Made by a program: the position numbers and the translations under genes. The notes under the pieces are model-generated. The model searched no databases and was not told where the DNA came from. It saw only the letters and a list, made by a program, of their open reading frames with translations. From Neoechinorhynchus agilis (Eukaryota; Animalia; Acanthocephala), in the NCBI GenBank assembly GCA_051530055.1, contig CM121342.1:11485480-11549479 (forward strand): a DNA stretch of 64,000 nt, read 5' to 3'. Of this stretch, positions 24,275-38,220 are shown in pieces. Position 1 is the first letter of the stretch; every line of letters starts with the position of its first letter.

Positions 24275-24800
24275 ATGATCACAACTACGATCGAGAATAT
24301 CAAACGAGCGGGAGTTCTCGGTCACGATAATGAAGTTTATATCCTGTGAGACTTAATTGGCGAGGGCAGCTTCGGGCAAATCCTCAAATGCAAACAGAGG
24401 GGATCCAACCGCAACCTTGCACTTAGGATCTTAAAGAACGAGATCGGGAAGTTCGAAATGGATGATTGTGAAACAAAGATGTTTAAGGCAATAAAAGAGG
24501 CCGATGGAGAACGAGCTAATATCGCAGTTTCCCTCGAAATATTAAAGTATTATGGTCATCAGTGCATGATTCTTGAATGTTACGAAATGGACCTTAATGT
24601 GTTTGTAAACACATTTGGACCAATGAAAATCAATCGGTTGTTCTCCTTGGCATACCAAATGTTGCAAGCATTAGAGAAGCTAAAAGATTATAGCATTCGC
24701 TATCAAACAAAAATGGGAACGCCTCTCAAGTTTTCGAATAACGAGCGGCGATCATTTTCATGTTTTCTACGATGAAAAGAGTCTGTATTGTTATGTGGAG
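24275..24800 (+). pseudogene. HIPK-like kinase fragment, copy 3
   Basis: LIGEGSFGQILKCKQ..NRNLALRILKN...KMFKAIKEADGERANIAV...YQMLQALEKLKD. A stop precedes the G-loop and the catalytic loop is deleted. Confidence 0.75.
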
Positions 24801-26589
24801 GTGAGCATTAACGGAAACGGTAAATATTTAAAAACGTTGTTAGGAACAAAATATTTGGCGTTAAAGGCGAAAACGTTCTTCTAGAAATACGATAATGTGT
24901 TTATCCAAATATTGATACCAAAACATCAACATTTTGCTTTGATCGAATATTTAAAGTCACTCTTTTTAATCTAAACTTAGAAAAACATTGTACAAAAAAT
25001 GAAGTTTTTTTAACGATTTAAGAGACAATCTATTACCCAATTCCTAAAAAGTCAAATATTTCAAGAAGACAATAAAAAAATTCTATCTTTGCATCTTGCA
25101 GTCGCACTTAAATGCGATCGTTCTTTGAAATTTAAAATCAGTTGCTTTATTTTTAAAATAAGATCGGACTTGGCGGCTTCATCTTATTGCCCAAATTTTT
25201 TTACTACGCCTTGCATTAACCGATATTTTTGTAGTTGTCTATAAGATCGCATATCGAAATCGTGGATCAGCGCAAAACGCGATTTTATAATTTGCTGTCA
25301 TTAGAAAACAGAAATGTATTTATCTTCCATTCGATAATTAAAGTACGTCGATTTCTATAAATTTTCTGCATCTTTTATAAGATGAATTCGGACGAGAAAA
25401 AAGAATTTGGAAAAATTAGACTCCGAGATGTCAATGGAAGCTAGCGATGCGGTTCATCTTTAATAGATTTTATTGCAAAATTAAAGGCAAATGTGAGAAT
25501 GCCTTTGATTGAAATCGACGCATATTTTATTGACACTTTTGATGAGCTTAAATTAAATTCTTGCTATGTTATTTCCTTGGCGAAATGTTTGATATTTTAA
25601 TGAATTTCTGGCATGTCCTAAAACTCTGAAAAAAATGGGTTATTGTAAGACATTTGCTCTTCTTAAACACTGAAAAGTTATGCCAATAAACAATTTCTAG
25701 TTTAGATTTAGAAATTAGATAATTCAAAAAGTACTGGCTGCGCTAATCGCATTGAATCGTTCAAATCAATGTGCTTTTATGTTAGTTTAACATTTTTCAA
25801 CATCCATTAATGCTGAATGTCTCGGCTAATGTTCGTCGATCCTAAGAGAAACGCAACGTAGATTACATGCAAAATAGCAATAAAGGAATTCCTGGAAGAT
25901 TCGCTATCAGACAAATGGATTACATAGAATTAACGTATGGAACAATTAGAATCATAAACGTGGTGACAAAAATGGTGTCCTAATTTATTTACTATGTTAG
26001 ACAAATTAAACCATGGCGCGGACAAAATTCGCTCATAAGCATTTCAAACGATAATAAGAGCGATTTGGTTAAGAGACCATAAAGAATAATCGGTCAGAAC
26101 GATTCATCGATTGTTCATATTCAGCCCACAAACTTCTCTATAAGACTTGCAAAACTCTCATAAAATTCAAAACTACAAATGAATCCCATCATAGATTCCA
26201 TTTAAAAATTAAAGTTAATTGTTGAATTATTCGGAACTATACATTTATGTGATATTTTCAGGTTTAGGATTGGCGTACAAGGTTTCGAGAATTCAATCGA
26301 CGCTGAACAATAAAGATTCTATGAAATTTAGGCGAACAGTGCGACGCTGTAACGCAAAATCAATACCTATGCTCGTAATCCCGTTAGAAAAACGTCAAAC
26401 ACTAATCATTTTATCGACTTACCAAAGATCCTTCTGATGAAATACCGTTTCATCGCTTGCGCTGATGCGAAGATCAAGAAAGCGCCAGTTCGTTTCGTTC
26501 TAAGAGCACGAACAAGGGCAGCGTCGGAGTATTTAGAAAAAAACAAAAGAATCGACGGAAAACGCCGTATGAAATATGAAATGGAGATT

Positions 26590-26830
26590 AGCTTTGCCAA
26601 TACTGGGGAAAGTGGACTTCCTATTGCGAGACCATCCACTTGGTCATAATTTACGCCTTCGAACTCAAAGTTTTAATATTATGTACAGAACTATTAAAGT
26701 TGGCGCCAATTAAAGGCCAAGATCTTCCATTCTATACATTTTTCGGCCAATAAGCTTGTGGCTAGTTCAATTAACTCCTGCGCTGGTATTTTGGTAAACA
26801 AGGCTGTTACATCTGCCGAAATCATGAGAT
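26590..26830 (-). mobile_element. Penelope-like RT fragment
   Basis: ISADVTALFTKIP...YDQVDGLAIGSPLSPVLA, with stops. Confidence 0.75.
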
Positions 26831-27099
26831 TCGATTCGCCTGTTTGTATCTTGCCCAATCTATCAATAAATTCGACTCCCGATGTGACGACATGATCGGA
26901 TGGTGGTAGGAGTTGCTTGATAAATCCGGAGGAATATATCCTTTAAGATGAACGAACGGGTCATAGATTCGAAAACCCTTCGCGATCCCCAAATGTGGAA
27001 AACGGCTGAGATCTTTAATGTAGTCGCTGCTTGTTCCAGAAACCACGATCGCTGTGCCGAAAAAAATAATTAAACGAGATATCTCATCCAAACAAGGCT

Positions 27100-27395
27100 A
27101 ACAAAGCGACCAATCTACAAAAACGCTATACTTAGTAGCATATTTCCTTCAAATATTTTGGACTTCTGTGGATCGTATAAGGATAGTGGCCATTTTTACA
27201 TTGAGATAAAATCATTACCGAGCGGTGATTTGTATGAACATTTGCTTGCAAATCGACGATTTAGTTAGGATGAAAGTAGATTGATCTTAGCTCAGATTGC
27301 CCTCTTTTTCAATTACTTACATCGGATTAATGTTGCTCATAAGGATATTAAGGCTGAAAATATTTTGGTAGAAGACATCGGCTATGTAAAAGTAA
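27100..27395 (+). pseudogene. PKA-like (AGC) kinase fragment, copy 1
   Basis: SYKDSGHFYI..LPSGDLYEHL..RRFS*DESRLILAQI..YLHRINVAHKDIKAENILVEDIGYVKV parallels PKA subdomains IV-VII. In-frame TAG present. Confidence 0.75.
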
Positions 27396-28232
27396 CAAAG
27401 TGTTACTCTGCTATTTGTAAAATATTGTTATGCTTAACATTATTCGTCATAAAAATGAAATTAACTAATCTTTTATTCTGGGAAAGGGAGTGTAAATTTG
27501 TTTCATTTTAAAATAACAGACAAACTCTTTTTGTTAATCAGCAGGCATCCCCTTACCAATGAAAATGAAGATTTCTCCGGCGAACGATTATATTATAATT
27601 ATTATAGAAGTGAATGCTAGCCTCAATATTTCGAAGATAGACATTAGGTTTGCGTCGAAAGATGGAGAATGGGAAATCTATGCAGTGCATCCTTCTAAAT
27701 TTCTAAAAATTCTTAATCTCAAGTTCAATTTACTAGGCTAATGACACACCAATGATAATTACGTGTTGGCAAATGATCTATAAATCCCTCAGTAGTTTCC
27801 CGCTTCTGTGTAAACGAAAAAAGTTAATCTGTGAGGTTTGGTTCTGATCAAGACTGGTCTTTTTCCTTCACACGCATGCAATGAGGCGAATATTTTATAC
27901 AAAAAGGCCAGATTATAATTTGCATGTTAATCTTATGAAAAAATACTAATTCCCAAAATTTTATTCCCTAATTGGATAAGGGTTCGCTTTCCTCTTTAAA
28001 CAAAAGGTTTTATCTGAATAATATGAATGAAATTTTAAGAAAATTGAAGACTAGTCACCGTGAAGGTGGATACTATACACACGGTTGACTCTAGGAATTA
28101 TGTCCATACTTTTAACATTAGAGGAAAAACTCACAAATTGCAACATTCCGAACACAAAAGTGGCGTTCTTATTATTTATTAATCTTTGAAACCCTATTTG
28201 CAAATGGTACTTTTTTTTCAAAATACCCTAAC

Positions 28233-29140
28233 TGTTTTGTTTCCATGTCGCATGTTCGGGCGACCACTGCATCGTGAACGTCAAAGCACGAGCATGCCTG
28301 CAATTGTAGTACTTCGTTTCCCCAACTTAAGATTCATGGATAAAGTTGAAAACTGCGACACGAGCACATGCGGCGCGCCAACACACACACACAATAACGT
28401 CCACTAAAATCAATGCGACGAATTGACACGTCACATATATAACATTCCTTCCCCCGAACCTTCAAAATCTTTTAAGATATTCGTCATATGGTCTAGTTGC
28501 CGGCTTGCGAGCCCTCGTACTCCGCCTTTGGATGCATCGTCCGTTTAACCCATCGGGTTGGACTTTGGGCTCGATATCGGGTGGAGATAAGGACGGGTCT
28601 TGTTTATCGACCATCATATCGCCTTCGCATACATCGGGTGTCCGCGACTCCGAGGTGGTATCGATCACCTCGCATTTTTGTTTCTCGGGTAACGGTAAGA
28701 CTGGTGTATCTACCATACTTTCTCCGTCTACTATTCGCTTCCTGACAAAATCTGCATGTATTCGTCTATATAAACCATTCCCATAAACAATCACATATGA
28801 TCATGGTCCGGTCATCTTTTCTACATATCCCTCTTCTTCTCACTTATCGTTGATTAATCTCTTCCACTAAATGGGACTTTCGCTTTCCATACCTCTGATC
28901 TCATAAGCCACACCGATATCATTTTTCGGTCCCCAAATCAGTTTCAGATTATCTAATCCTGAATTTAGACGTCGGCCTATCAACGATTATGCAGGTGACT
29001 GGGCTGTTGCTTTATGGGGTGTGTTTCTATACGCTTTTAGGAAATCTCAAACGTGTCTCATACGTATGGCATCATTAACATTCACACATCGACGTTTGAA
29101 CGTCCTAACGAAACGCTCTGCTAACCCATTGGGCTGTGGG
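28233..29140 (-). mobile_element. Ty3/gypsy 3' end: integrase C-terminus, PPT and 3' LTR (28233-28444)
   Basis: PQPNGLAERFVRTFK and YRNTPHKATAQSPA. PPT GGGGGAAGGAA (28445-28455) is adjacent to a TGTT...AACA-bounded 212-bp segment. Confidence 0.8.
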
Positions 29141-32100
29141 TAAGGCGCTTACAAGACTCGAACAACATGTTATACTATCATCGTACTTGAGAGATGAGTT
29201 ACTAGTCCATACCCTTCAATTATTGCCTTATTTTCCTTTTGCATCGCATCCCGATCTCTTCCTATGGCTGATCTCCGAGCTTAAGAGACCAGAGTACGGT
29301 AACAAAAAATGGAAATAACAAAAGGAATATCTCGTGCGAGATACTCCAGCATATTCTGCAGCCTGCACCTGGCTAAATAGTTTGTAGCTAAATAACAAAA
29401 CTATCCTAGAGAAGTTCATTTTTCATGGATATTATAGAAAGAACAAACAAAAAGAAATAACGAACGGCTCTTAACATTTTTTCTATAATTGAGGCTATTT
29501 AGTTGATTTCACATCTTTAGTTAATCCTTATAATTTTCCCATCTTTTGACGTCAACGATTGTAACATATTTGCAAATTGAGTTGTCTGCATTTGATCAAG
29601 TAGGATAACGCTCCTGATTGCTTGGTTTTTAGTTGAATAAAGATTGGCAAAACAATCATTTAAGTTAATTATAAACTTCGCCGCATTATACTTTGAGTTG
29701 AAGAACCAGGCTTTAGTACAAAAAATTTCGTAAAAAAAGAAATTAGGTTCGGTCGCCCTCTAGCGAAAAAATATAAAACTCCTGCGAAATAGGTTTTTAG
29801 CGGACTGACCAGGCTTTTATCAGCTACCCCAATACGGGGAGCTCGTCGAATCAAAGAATTTAGTTTATAAAAATGACTACTAAAGGAAGTATTAAAGCAC
29901 GTTCGGCGACGAGTAGAAGGAAAATTTATCCCCAGTACTCTTGTACAATATGCGAACCCAACTGACGATAAACTAACATCAGCTTTAATTGCAACAGCTA
30001 AGGCTTTCCTGGAGCCAGCTGAATCATTGAGGGGGATTATAAAGGCTTATTTTTATTTATGTTTAAATTGGCTGTACTAAGAATTGCTGATAATTTACTA
30101 ATTATGTTTTTTATGATGTTTAATAAAATATCTTTCTTTTTATGATTACAAAAGAAAAATATATCGTCCGCATATAGCAGAGGATGCACGAATTTTTGCT
30201 TAGGCAACAATTTAAATAAGAAAACAAAAGTTAAAACAAACAGCGTGGGAGATAAAGGTGACCCTTCAGGAACACCCACTCTAGAGAAGAACTTTGTTCG
30301 ACCAGGATCAAGGTCGAAAAAATAGGACTTTGACTCTAACAAAGCTTTAATTTTATCTTGAATATTTTTCGGTACTTTAAAATACCCTAGCGCCTCATAG
30401 ATCACCTTATGATCTGTAGAATCGAAAGCCTTATGGAGATCCAGTTGCAACAAAACTATGTTCGTACACCCATATTTATTATTCATTTCATATAGATCTG
30501 ACAGGCGAGAGTAGGAAAGCATTTTTTCTTGTTCAGAATTTCCGAGAGATTTCTATTAACAACCTTCTCTAAAAAAGATATTAAGGGGTTTTGAATCGAT
30601 ATCATTCTGATATCCTAGGGGAACTGATCACTTTCTTCTTATTTTTTGGAAGAGTAATTTTTTTAACAATATTAATATTTAACAGATCATAGAAATCAAT
30701 TCGTCGCCGAAATTTAGTTAAAAATAATTTTTGATTCTCCTTGTCAATCACGTTGAAGCTTTTGGGCGAACATGCGTGTGAATTATGGGCTTTGGAAGCA
30801 GCATACCTCCAATAAACTGAGCAATCATTCTTGGAAAGTCCCCAGTTCCATTTCTCACAATCACGAAACTCGCCAGATGGCGAAAAAGATATCTTAAAAA
30901 TGTGATTAGATAAAATATGTTCTACTACCACAGGATAAGAGACTTCACCTATCCCTTTCGCCGCCTTAAGCCTCCAATCAACAAATTTCCTTTGAAGGAA
31001 TAGGTCCCAGAATTGTTTCAACAAACCTACAACACCTTCTAATCTCTTTTTGCCCTCACCAACCTGATCCCAATAGAGCTGACTATAAAATTCTCCCCGT
31101 AGACTTTTAGCATATTCCATATCTTGATGAAGCTCCGCAATGATAACCTGCCTCATCAACCTATTTGTTTCTTTGGACCTTATATGCTTTTCCACTAACA
31201 CCTTCTTTTTCAAACACGTTGAAGCCGCCTCAGATAAAATCGTATTAAAAACCTTCACGGGGACAACATTAGCTTTCCACAAATTAGATTTTATGGATTG
31301 ATTGAAATTACTCACCGTTTTGGGACTATAGATTATTCTCTCACGCAGAGATGAACTTTCGGAGGAGAACACAATGAAATCATGCCCCATAACCGGCTGC
31401 ACTTGAATTTTATTTAACGGCCTTAAAAATTATAGAAATGTCCTCTTTTACCACCAGCGCATCTAGATATGAATGCAACCTTCGAGTGTAATGGTGAAAA
31501 GAGGGTTCCTCTGTTAAAAATATATTGTAGTCCTCAAAATGCGAGCGTAGACTGCTTAGTCCGTTAGAGTTAAAATCTCCGGCAACCATATCTGGAGCCC
31601 AAAATAGAAACCAAGACATCATTTTCTTAATAAAAAGTCCTACTTTCCTAGTGGAAATGTATAGATTGCATATAATAAGATCTGAACCGTTTTCTAAGTA
31701 TAGATTTTTAATCTGAATGAACTGAATTGCGTACTCCGCTAACTTTATTTGAAATAACATTTGGGACTTCAAGTCTTTGTGTATAAACGTTTGGAGTCCT
31801 CCCGAAAAGCCTATATTGTTACTGTTTTGATTGAAAAGTGGCTTCAAAATAAAACACTCAAAATTTGCGCCGCAATTCATTATAGGTTTATCACCCGTCT
31901 CCTGAAAAAAGATACATTTCAAGTCAAATTTTAGTAATTGTTCAAGAGTTGCTCTCGTTAGTTGGGCCGCTCTTGGCGCATTAAATGTAGCAATATTTAT
32001 ACTTGCTGTCATTCGGTTTTATCGCTAAAACTATTTCTATTGATTCGTTTGGGCCAAGAGTCTATTTTGGGATCTCTTATTCCCCTCTTACCCCTTTCTC

Positions 32101-33050
32101 TTACCTGATACGAACTGTTTTCCTTCTTGTGTGCCAACTGTGGAGGAGCGCACCCGGCCTATAAGCGATTCTGCCCCGCAGCGGTCGAATATTTTGAATC
32201 GACAAGGAATATTCAGGCTTCAGCTAAAAGGAATAACTTCTCTCAAAAGAGAGATGGGTGGTTTAAAATGAGGTATCAATATCAAATATCGGACAGATCT
32301 CAAAATGACACTGTAGTTCAAGCGGAAATTGGGAAATTACTCTTAGAAATAGAAAAGCTAAGAGCGGAAAATCAACTTCTAAAAGAAATGTAGGGAACAC
32401 GAACTTAAAAATGCGACATCCACCGACGCCGAACAAAGAATAGCAAATGGGATCTGACTAACCTTATCCTTTAAATATTTGATTGGAGTGAAACCCTTTT
32501 CCCGTTCAATTTCATCAAAATCCTCCTTAGTTAGATTTAACGGCGGGTTATACATAATAAAGTTAACCTTCCTTGATATATCCTGGAATTCAACCCCATA
32601 GAATGAAGTAACTCACAAAACACTTTTTTCCCATCTGTCGCAAAGAACGATATCATTGTACAAAATTTGGTTTGGAGTAATTTCTTTATTTGAAAATCTC
32701 TGGAGTTTCGTAACTTTTTTGGGCGAAGAAAATTTTAAAGTAGCTTAGGGTAATTGCTTCAACCGTGAAAGTTTTCAAAGCTTCTTTTTTTATACGAATT
32801 ATAAAATCTTCTTTTAATCGTGGTAATTTAGGATATTTGGGTTTTGAACCAATGTTCCCTCTCCGAAAAATCTGCCAGGTTAGATCCAGCAAACTCACTC
32901 TCGCAGAAACTCCCATGGAGCTTACAACCACCTAAGTGATGTTTAGCTGCAAATACGGCGGGATCCACAAGGAACCCCGTCTCACACTCACCCTAACCAC
33001 CTACCTCCTCATCAATATCCATAACCATCCCTCCGCATCCTCAATCTGAT
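29140..33050 (-). mobile_element. Near full-length APE-type LINE (ORF1 gag-like + ORF2 APE-RT), frameshifted
   Basis: APE motifs IATFNA, FQET, AGDFNS and YLD (31410-32012). RT motifs QLDLHKAFDS, GVPEGSPLSP and YADD (30037-30522). ORF1-like frames at 32013-32931. Confidence 0.85.
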
Positions 33051-33055
33051 CATTT

Positions 33056-34930
33056 CTAACCGGAACGCTGTTTCCGTTGTAACAAAAACGCGTAACCATT
33101 TTTCTGATATACTAGTTGAGGGTGGTACGGACTCGATCTTACATGGTTGATTGCTTGTTCAATACAAAAATTCCGGAATTCATCACTAATAAACTGCGGT
33201 CCATTATCACCCACGATACCTTTGGGTGTTCCTAGTCTTGCGAAACATTCTCGTAATCGAGTAAGCACGCTTCCGGTTGATGAATTTCCTTGCAGACTCC
33301 ATACTTAGGGCCATTTCGCTCTAGCGCCCACCGCTATCAAATATATACGTCCCTCGATCGGTCCAGCCAAATCTAAATGAATTCTCTCCCATGGCCTGGA
33401 AAGTATGCCCCATTCGCTCACATCTCTCCAGCCTTTCGTTCTGACATATAACTAATACTTTAAGCTCCGATTCGATATTACGTGGAACATGATCGCGGTT
33501 GGGCAATCGAGAAAGGCAATCTGCCGTAACGTTGTCCTTTCCAGAAATATGATGGATGTGGTACTCATACTGATTAAGCATCAACGCACACCTGACTAAA
33601 CGGTTGTTCATTCACGTACTCAAAAACCGTTTCCTTCCAAAAAGATGTATGAGGGTTTTCTGGTCAGTTTCAATAATAAATTTCCGACCGTACAGATGAT
33701 GGTGAAGACGTTTGAATGCAAAAATGATAGCACTCGCTTCTTTTTCGATAGCGGCGTGTCTCACTTCTGCAGGTCTCAATAACCTTGAGGCGAAAACGAC
33801 CGTCTTCAGCTCACCATCACGTTCTTGAAACAAAACCGCACCAAATCCCTGATTGCTCGCATCGCATCTTACTACCACGGGTGCACTGGCATCGTAAGCT
33901 ACCAGCTCTTGACCTTTCACAATTCTTTGCTTCACCTCTTCCAATATTTGCTGCAATTTCTTGTCCCATCTCCACTTGCTTTCTTTCTTTAGGAGCTCGT
34001 AGAATGGCCTACACAATATTTGTAAACCAGGAATGAATCTTTCTTGGCATGTGAACATACCGAGAAAACACTTAAGTTCACTTTTATTAGTCGGAGTCGA
34101 AATATTCAGTATCTTTTTGATTTTCGATTTATCTGGCTTGATCCATCCCTTCTCCAAAGTACGACTCAGGTACGAAACTTTGCTCTGCATAAATCTACAT
34201 TTTTCGTTTTTTAAATTGAATTCTCGCTCTTGTAATATTCTTAACACTTTTCGCAGATTTGCTATGTGTGTCGAATCGTCTTTACCTGTCACAATTATAT
34301 CGTCCAGGTAGATACCAAAGTTCTCAACATTTCTGAGTGCTTCCTCGATGATTTGTTGAAACAATTGTGGACCATTGCTCAAACCAAAAGGCAGCCGTTT
34401 GTATTTGAAAAGACCAAAGGGTGTACTAATCACACACAACTTGCTGCTTTCTTCATTTAACTGCACCTGTAAGTACGCATCAGATAAATCTAGAATCGAA
34501 GACTTCTTTCCCAGAGCCAGCTTACTCAGTAGTTCGTCGATCATTGGCATCTGATAAGGGGCCGCGATCACGTGCGGATTAAGCGTCGACCGGAAATCAC
34601 CTCAGATTCTGACCGATCCGTCTTTTTTCCTTACAATAACAATCGGTGTTATCCGAGTCACTGCGTCGCCCCTCTGCTCTACAGGCTCCAATACTCCTCA
34701 TTGTGCCAATCGGTCCAACTCATCCTTTAATAGTTTTTAAAGAGCAAACGGAATCCGCCTTGCTGGACTTTGAACGTATTTAGCCTGTTGATCAATTCTT
34801 AGATGTACCTGGAAGTGTTTTATTGGATCAGATGAGTGTTCGCACAATTTAGGGAACCATCCCTTGATATTCTCAAAATTTATCGTGTTGATCTTGAACC
34901 GCTCCTGCAAAATGCCCCACCTCGTTATGG
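33056..34930 (-). mobile_element. Ty3/gypsy pol (RT-RNase H, partial integrase), degenerate
   Basis: LDLSDAYLQ, RLPFGL, YLDDI, RCDASNQGFGAVLFQ, ETDQKTL, VGDNGPQF, SSPYHPQ. Confidence 0.9.
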
Positions 34931-35175
34931 CGTCCAGGTTCTTGCGAGGAGTAACGTAAGACACGACAGTGACTATGGAATCCATCATAATCCAGCAAAC
35001 GGGTACTTTTGTTGTCAAAAAAGCTGACTACAAACTCGGTCTGCGAGTCTCACCGAATAAACTATTTGACCATGCTTCTTCTAAATTGTAGATTGACTGA
35101 AGAAGGCCAACGAAAACCGAAACTTTTCAAGATAAATATACTTTCTGAATCAAACATCGCTAACTGAAATTGAAA
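34927..35175 (+). mobile_element. Second copy of the Penelope-like 3' fragment (part of a segmental duplication)
   Basis: Near-identical to 11228-11478. Confidence 0.85.
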
Positions 35176-35244
35176 ATAAAAAAGGAAATCGAACTGGTAA
35201 AACGTTTCTTAACTGATTTAGGAAACTCTTCCCCAAAGATTACG

Positions 35245-37765
35245 TAGGCGCCAGTGCCTCAGTTGCCTCCAAATTAGCATGCCTGACCGAGCGCATCCTA
35301 CGTGATTCAACCATACCATCTGACTGGCTCAACCTCCTCGCGTTTCCGAAAGCCGTCTTACGTGTTCCCACACAAACATCGGAAGCCAACGAGAATCAAT
35401 CGCTTAGCCAAAAGATTCGCAACAGGTCCGACGCTTTCGAGTCCCTTTAACGATTCGATCATCTTGGGTGGCCGAGCCATCGCCGTAGTGCTCCTCACGA
35501 TCCGGACTCTCGACTCCGCGCGAAATGCTCCGAGAACCTGGAGGACGGCGATCGTGTGCCGTTCGACTTGTAAGCGGAACGGACCGCATACTCGCGCCGA
35601 ACAAAGACATCCTCGACTCTTTGAAATTGAAGCACCCTCCGCGCAGACGGAGTTGCTTCAAGCCAAATTATGATCCGTCGGGTACAGAGCCCGATCAAGA
35701 CACCTTCATCCCCATTACGTTCTCCACCGTCACTTCTGCTCTGATGTCCTTTCCGCCATCCTGCTGGAGGGCATGATGATTTGAGCCCGTCGACATTTAC
35801 GGGATTTGATCTGCTTCTCCTCTGGAGCTCAAGGTACGCGATTGCTGAACGCAATCACCGAGCTCGTACGCATAATCATTCGCGGTTCCGTACCTCCTCC
35901 AGTCGCAACTCTACTCCGGGGTGCCAAGCTGATCACTTTCACCAAAAAAGGTGGAGGGGTTCGCCCCATTGCTGTGGGTTGTACCTTCCGCCGATTGGCG
36001 TCCAAATTCGCATGTCAGTTCGCCACCGATCGATTTATTGATCAACTCTTGCCAGTTCAATTAGGAGTTGCAGTTCCTGCTGGAGCCGAGGCGGCCGTGC
36101 ATGCAGCACGAGCGTATGGTTTGAATGGTATCCATAAGGGAACGGCTATGGTCAAGCTTGACATGGAGAATGCGTTCAATTCAATATGCCGCACCGCGAT
36201 GACAGAGGCTGTCCACCAGCACCTACCAGAAATCTACCAGTACGTGTCCTTGTGGTTCGACCAGTCCAGCATGCTGCTGTTCAGCGAGTTCCAGGTCAAA
36301 TCAGCAGACGGCGTTCAACAAGATGATCCCCTAGGTCCTCTGCTGTTCGCATTGAAGATCAATCATCTTGCCCACAGCTCTTCGTCTGAGTTGTCGATCT
36401 GGTACCTCGACGACTGTTGCATTGGAGGGGAGATCGACCAGCTCATCCGCGACATCAACAGAATCTCCGAAATGGATGCCGATTTCGGACTATTCCTGAG
36501 AACGGACAAATGCGAGATAATCTCGGACGACCAAGAGAATGCATCTAAACTGCTCACCGTACTACCCGGAGCAAAGACAACTGCAACCGACTCAGCTGAC
36601 ATTCTCGCATCTCCAATCGGTAGCCTGTCTAACCTGGAAACGTTCCTCTCAAAAGACATCGATCAATTGCGGCTCACAGCTTCCGGGCTCTTGCACATCG
36701 CAAGACACGACGCTCTTTTCATACCAGGACGATGTCTGTCGCTACAGAAGATCGCTTACCTTCTGAGGACTTTTCCATGCTTCAAGTCAGTGCTCGCAAG
36801 GGATTTCGACAACTGCGTTCGATCAACCCTGTCAGAAGTCCTCAATCTACGGCTGTCCGACACAGCATGGAAACGGGCGACCCTTCCCATTCGATTCGGC
36901 GGTCTTGGCATCCAGAGTGCCACCGAAGTAGCAATTTCTGCTTTTTCATCATCGATTTCGGCCTCTTCAGACCTGGTGCTGAGAATCATCCCACCACACG
37001 CTACACACTGCGTCCTATAAGCAGCTTCTCGAGTCATTCTCATCTCCGACGGATAGAGCCCGTCTCCTGGCAGTCTCGACTTTACACTCAAGCGACTTCT
37101 TGAAGGCTTTCCGGATCACGGTTGTTGGCACGAGGCTGGATGACCAAGCCATCACCGTCGCTGTGGGACGTCGTTCGGGCATAAATTTCTAAGGCTCATA
37201 TACATGCCGGTGCGGTGAGACAGTGAACAGGTCGGGAACTAACGGCCCTGACTGCAAGCGTTCAAATGCTCGCCAAGCACAACACTCAGCAGTCAACCGC
37301 ATAATTGAGGAAGCCCTCTCAACGGCCGGTTCTCCCGCTCGACTCGAACCAGTCGGACTTTCCGGGAACGACTGTAAACGCCCTGATGGAGCGACTCTCC
37401 TCCCATGGTGTTACTAGAAAATACAAGTTTGGGATTTGCCAGCTTCAGCGAGGAAAAGAAGTTGCATAAGTACTCGCTCGATGGGCATCAATATATATTC
37501 ATCCCGATTGCAATGGAAACGTTGGAATGCCTCGGAAAGAAGCTGATTATTTCCTTTCCCGACTGGGAAAGATGCTGAAATATGCCGCCGGCGACATGCG
37601 CATCAGCAGCTTCCTGATGCAGCGAATCAGCGCGGCAATCCAATGTTACAATACCGCGGCCATCAAGGAAGCTGCAGAATAATCATGACGACAGTTGCAG
37701 AATTGGACGAAAAGGAGGAATTTGTGAACGAAAAGAATGAATTATATTTTAAAAATTTCGTTCAT
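35245..37765 (+). mobile_element. CRE subfamily A, duplicate copy without the gypsy insertion
   Basis: Near-identical to 11940-14091 joined to 17760-18287. The RT ORF at 35806-37020 shares the QQDDPLGP change and the premature stop. Confidence 0.9.
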
Positions 37766-38220
37766 GAACTTATAATAATTTACTTCAATTTTTTACCACA
37801 TAAAAAAGTAATCGAATTAGTTAAGATGAGCCTTTCTGAATGAAAGAAACCTGTCCAGTCGGATAGTAAACTGGTAAAGCGTTTGGTTTATTATTTAGGA
37901 AACTCATTCCGAAAGTTAACGAACAAAAATTTAGTTTGCTTGTAAGTTCCGAAATATTGAATTTATGATAAATTACTTCAATTTTTTCGCCACATAAAAT
38001 CGAAATCGAATTCATTAGGATGAGTTTTTAATGAGAAAACTTGTTCGGTTGGATAATGAAGTCGTAAAACGTTTCTTAACTAATTTAAGAAACTCCTTAC
38101 TAATGTTAACGAACAAAAAACCCGGTTTTCTTGTATGTGCCGAAATATCTTACCTGTAATAAATCACTACAATTTTTTCGCCACATAAAAAAGAAATCGA
38201 ATTCATTGGGATGAGCAAGC
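37766..38220 (+). repeat. ~190-bp repeat array, cluster 3
   Basis: Unit starts at ~37780, 37973 and 38164. Confidence 0.85.

Noticed and set aside
29100-33140. LINE nested in a single gypsy integrase (both flanks break near the PYHPQ motif)
   Set aside because: Both sides contain their own, differently encoded PY(H)PQ sequence and there is no convincing TSD. They are probably two separate remnants.
10740-38220. CRISPR array from the ~190-bp or 117-bp periodic sequences
   Set aside because: Whole units are homologous, with no short repeat/unique spacer pattern, no cas genes and a eukaryotic context.
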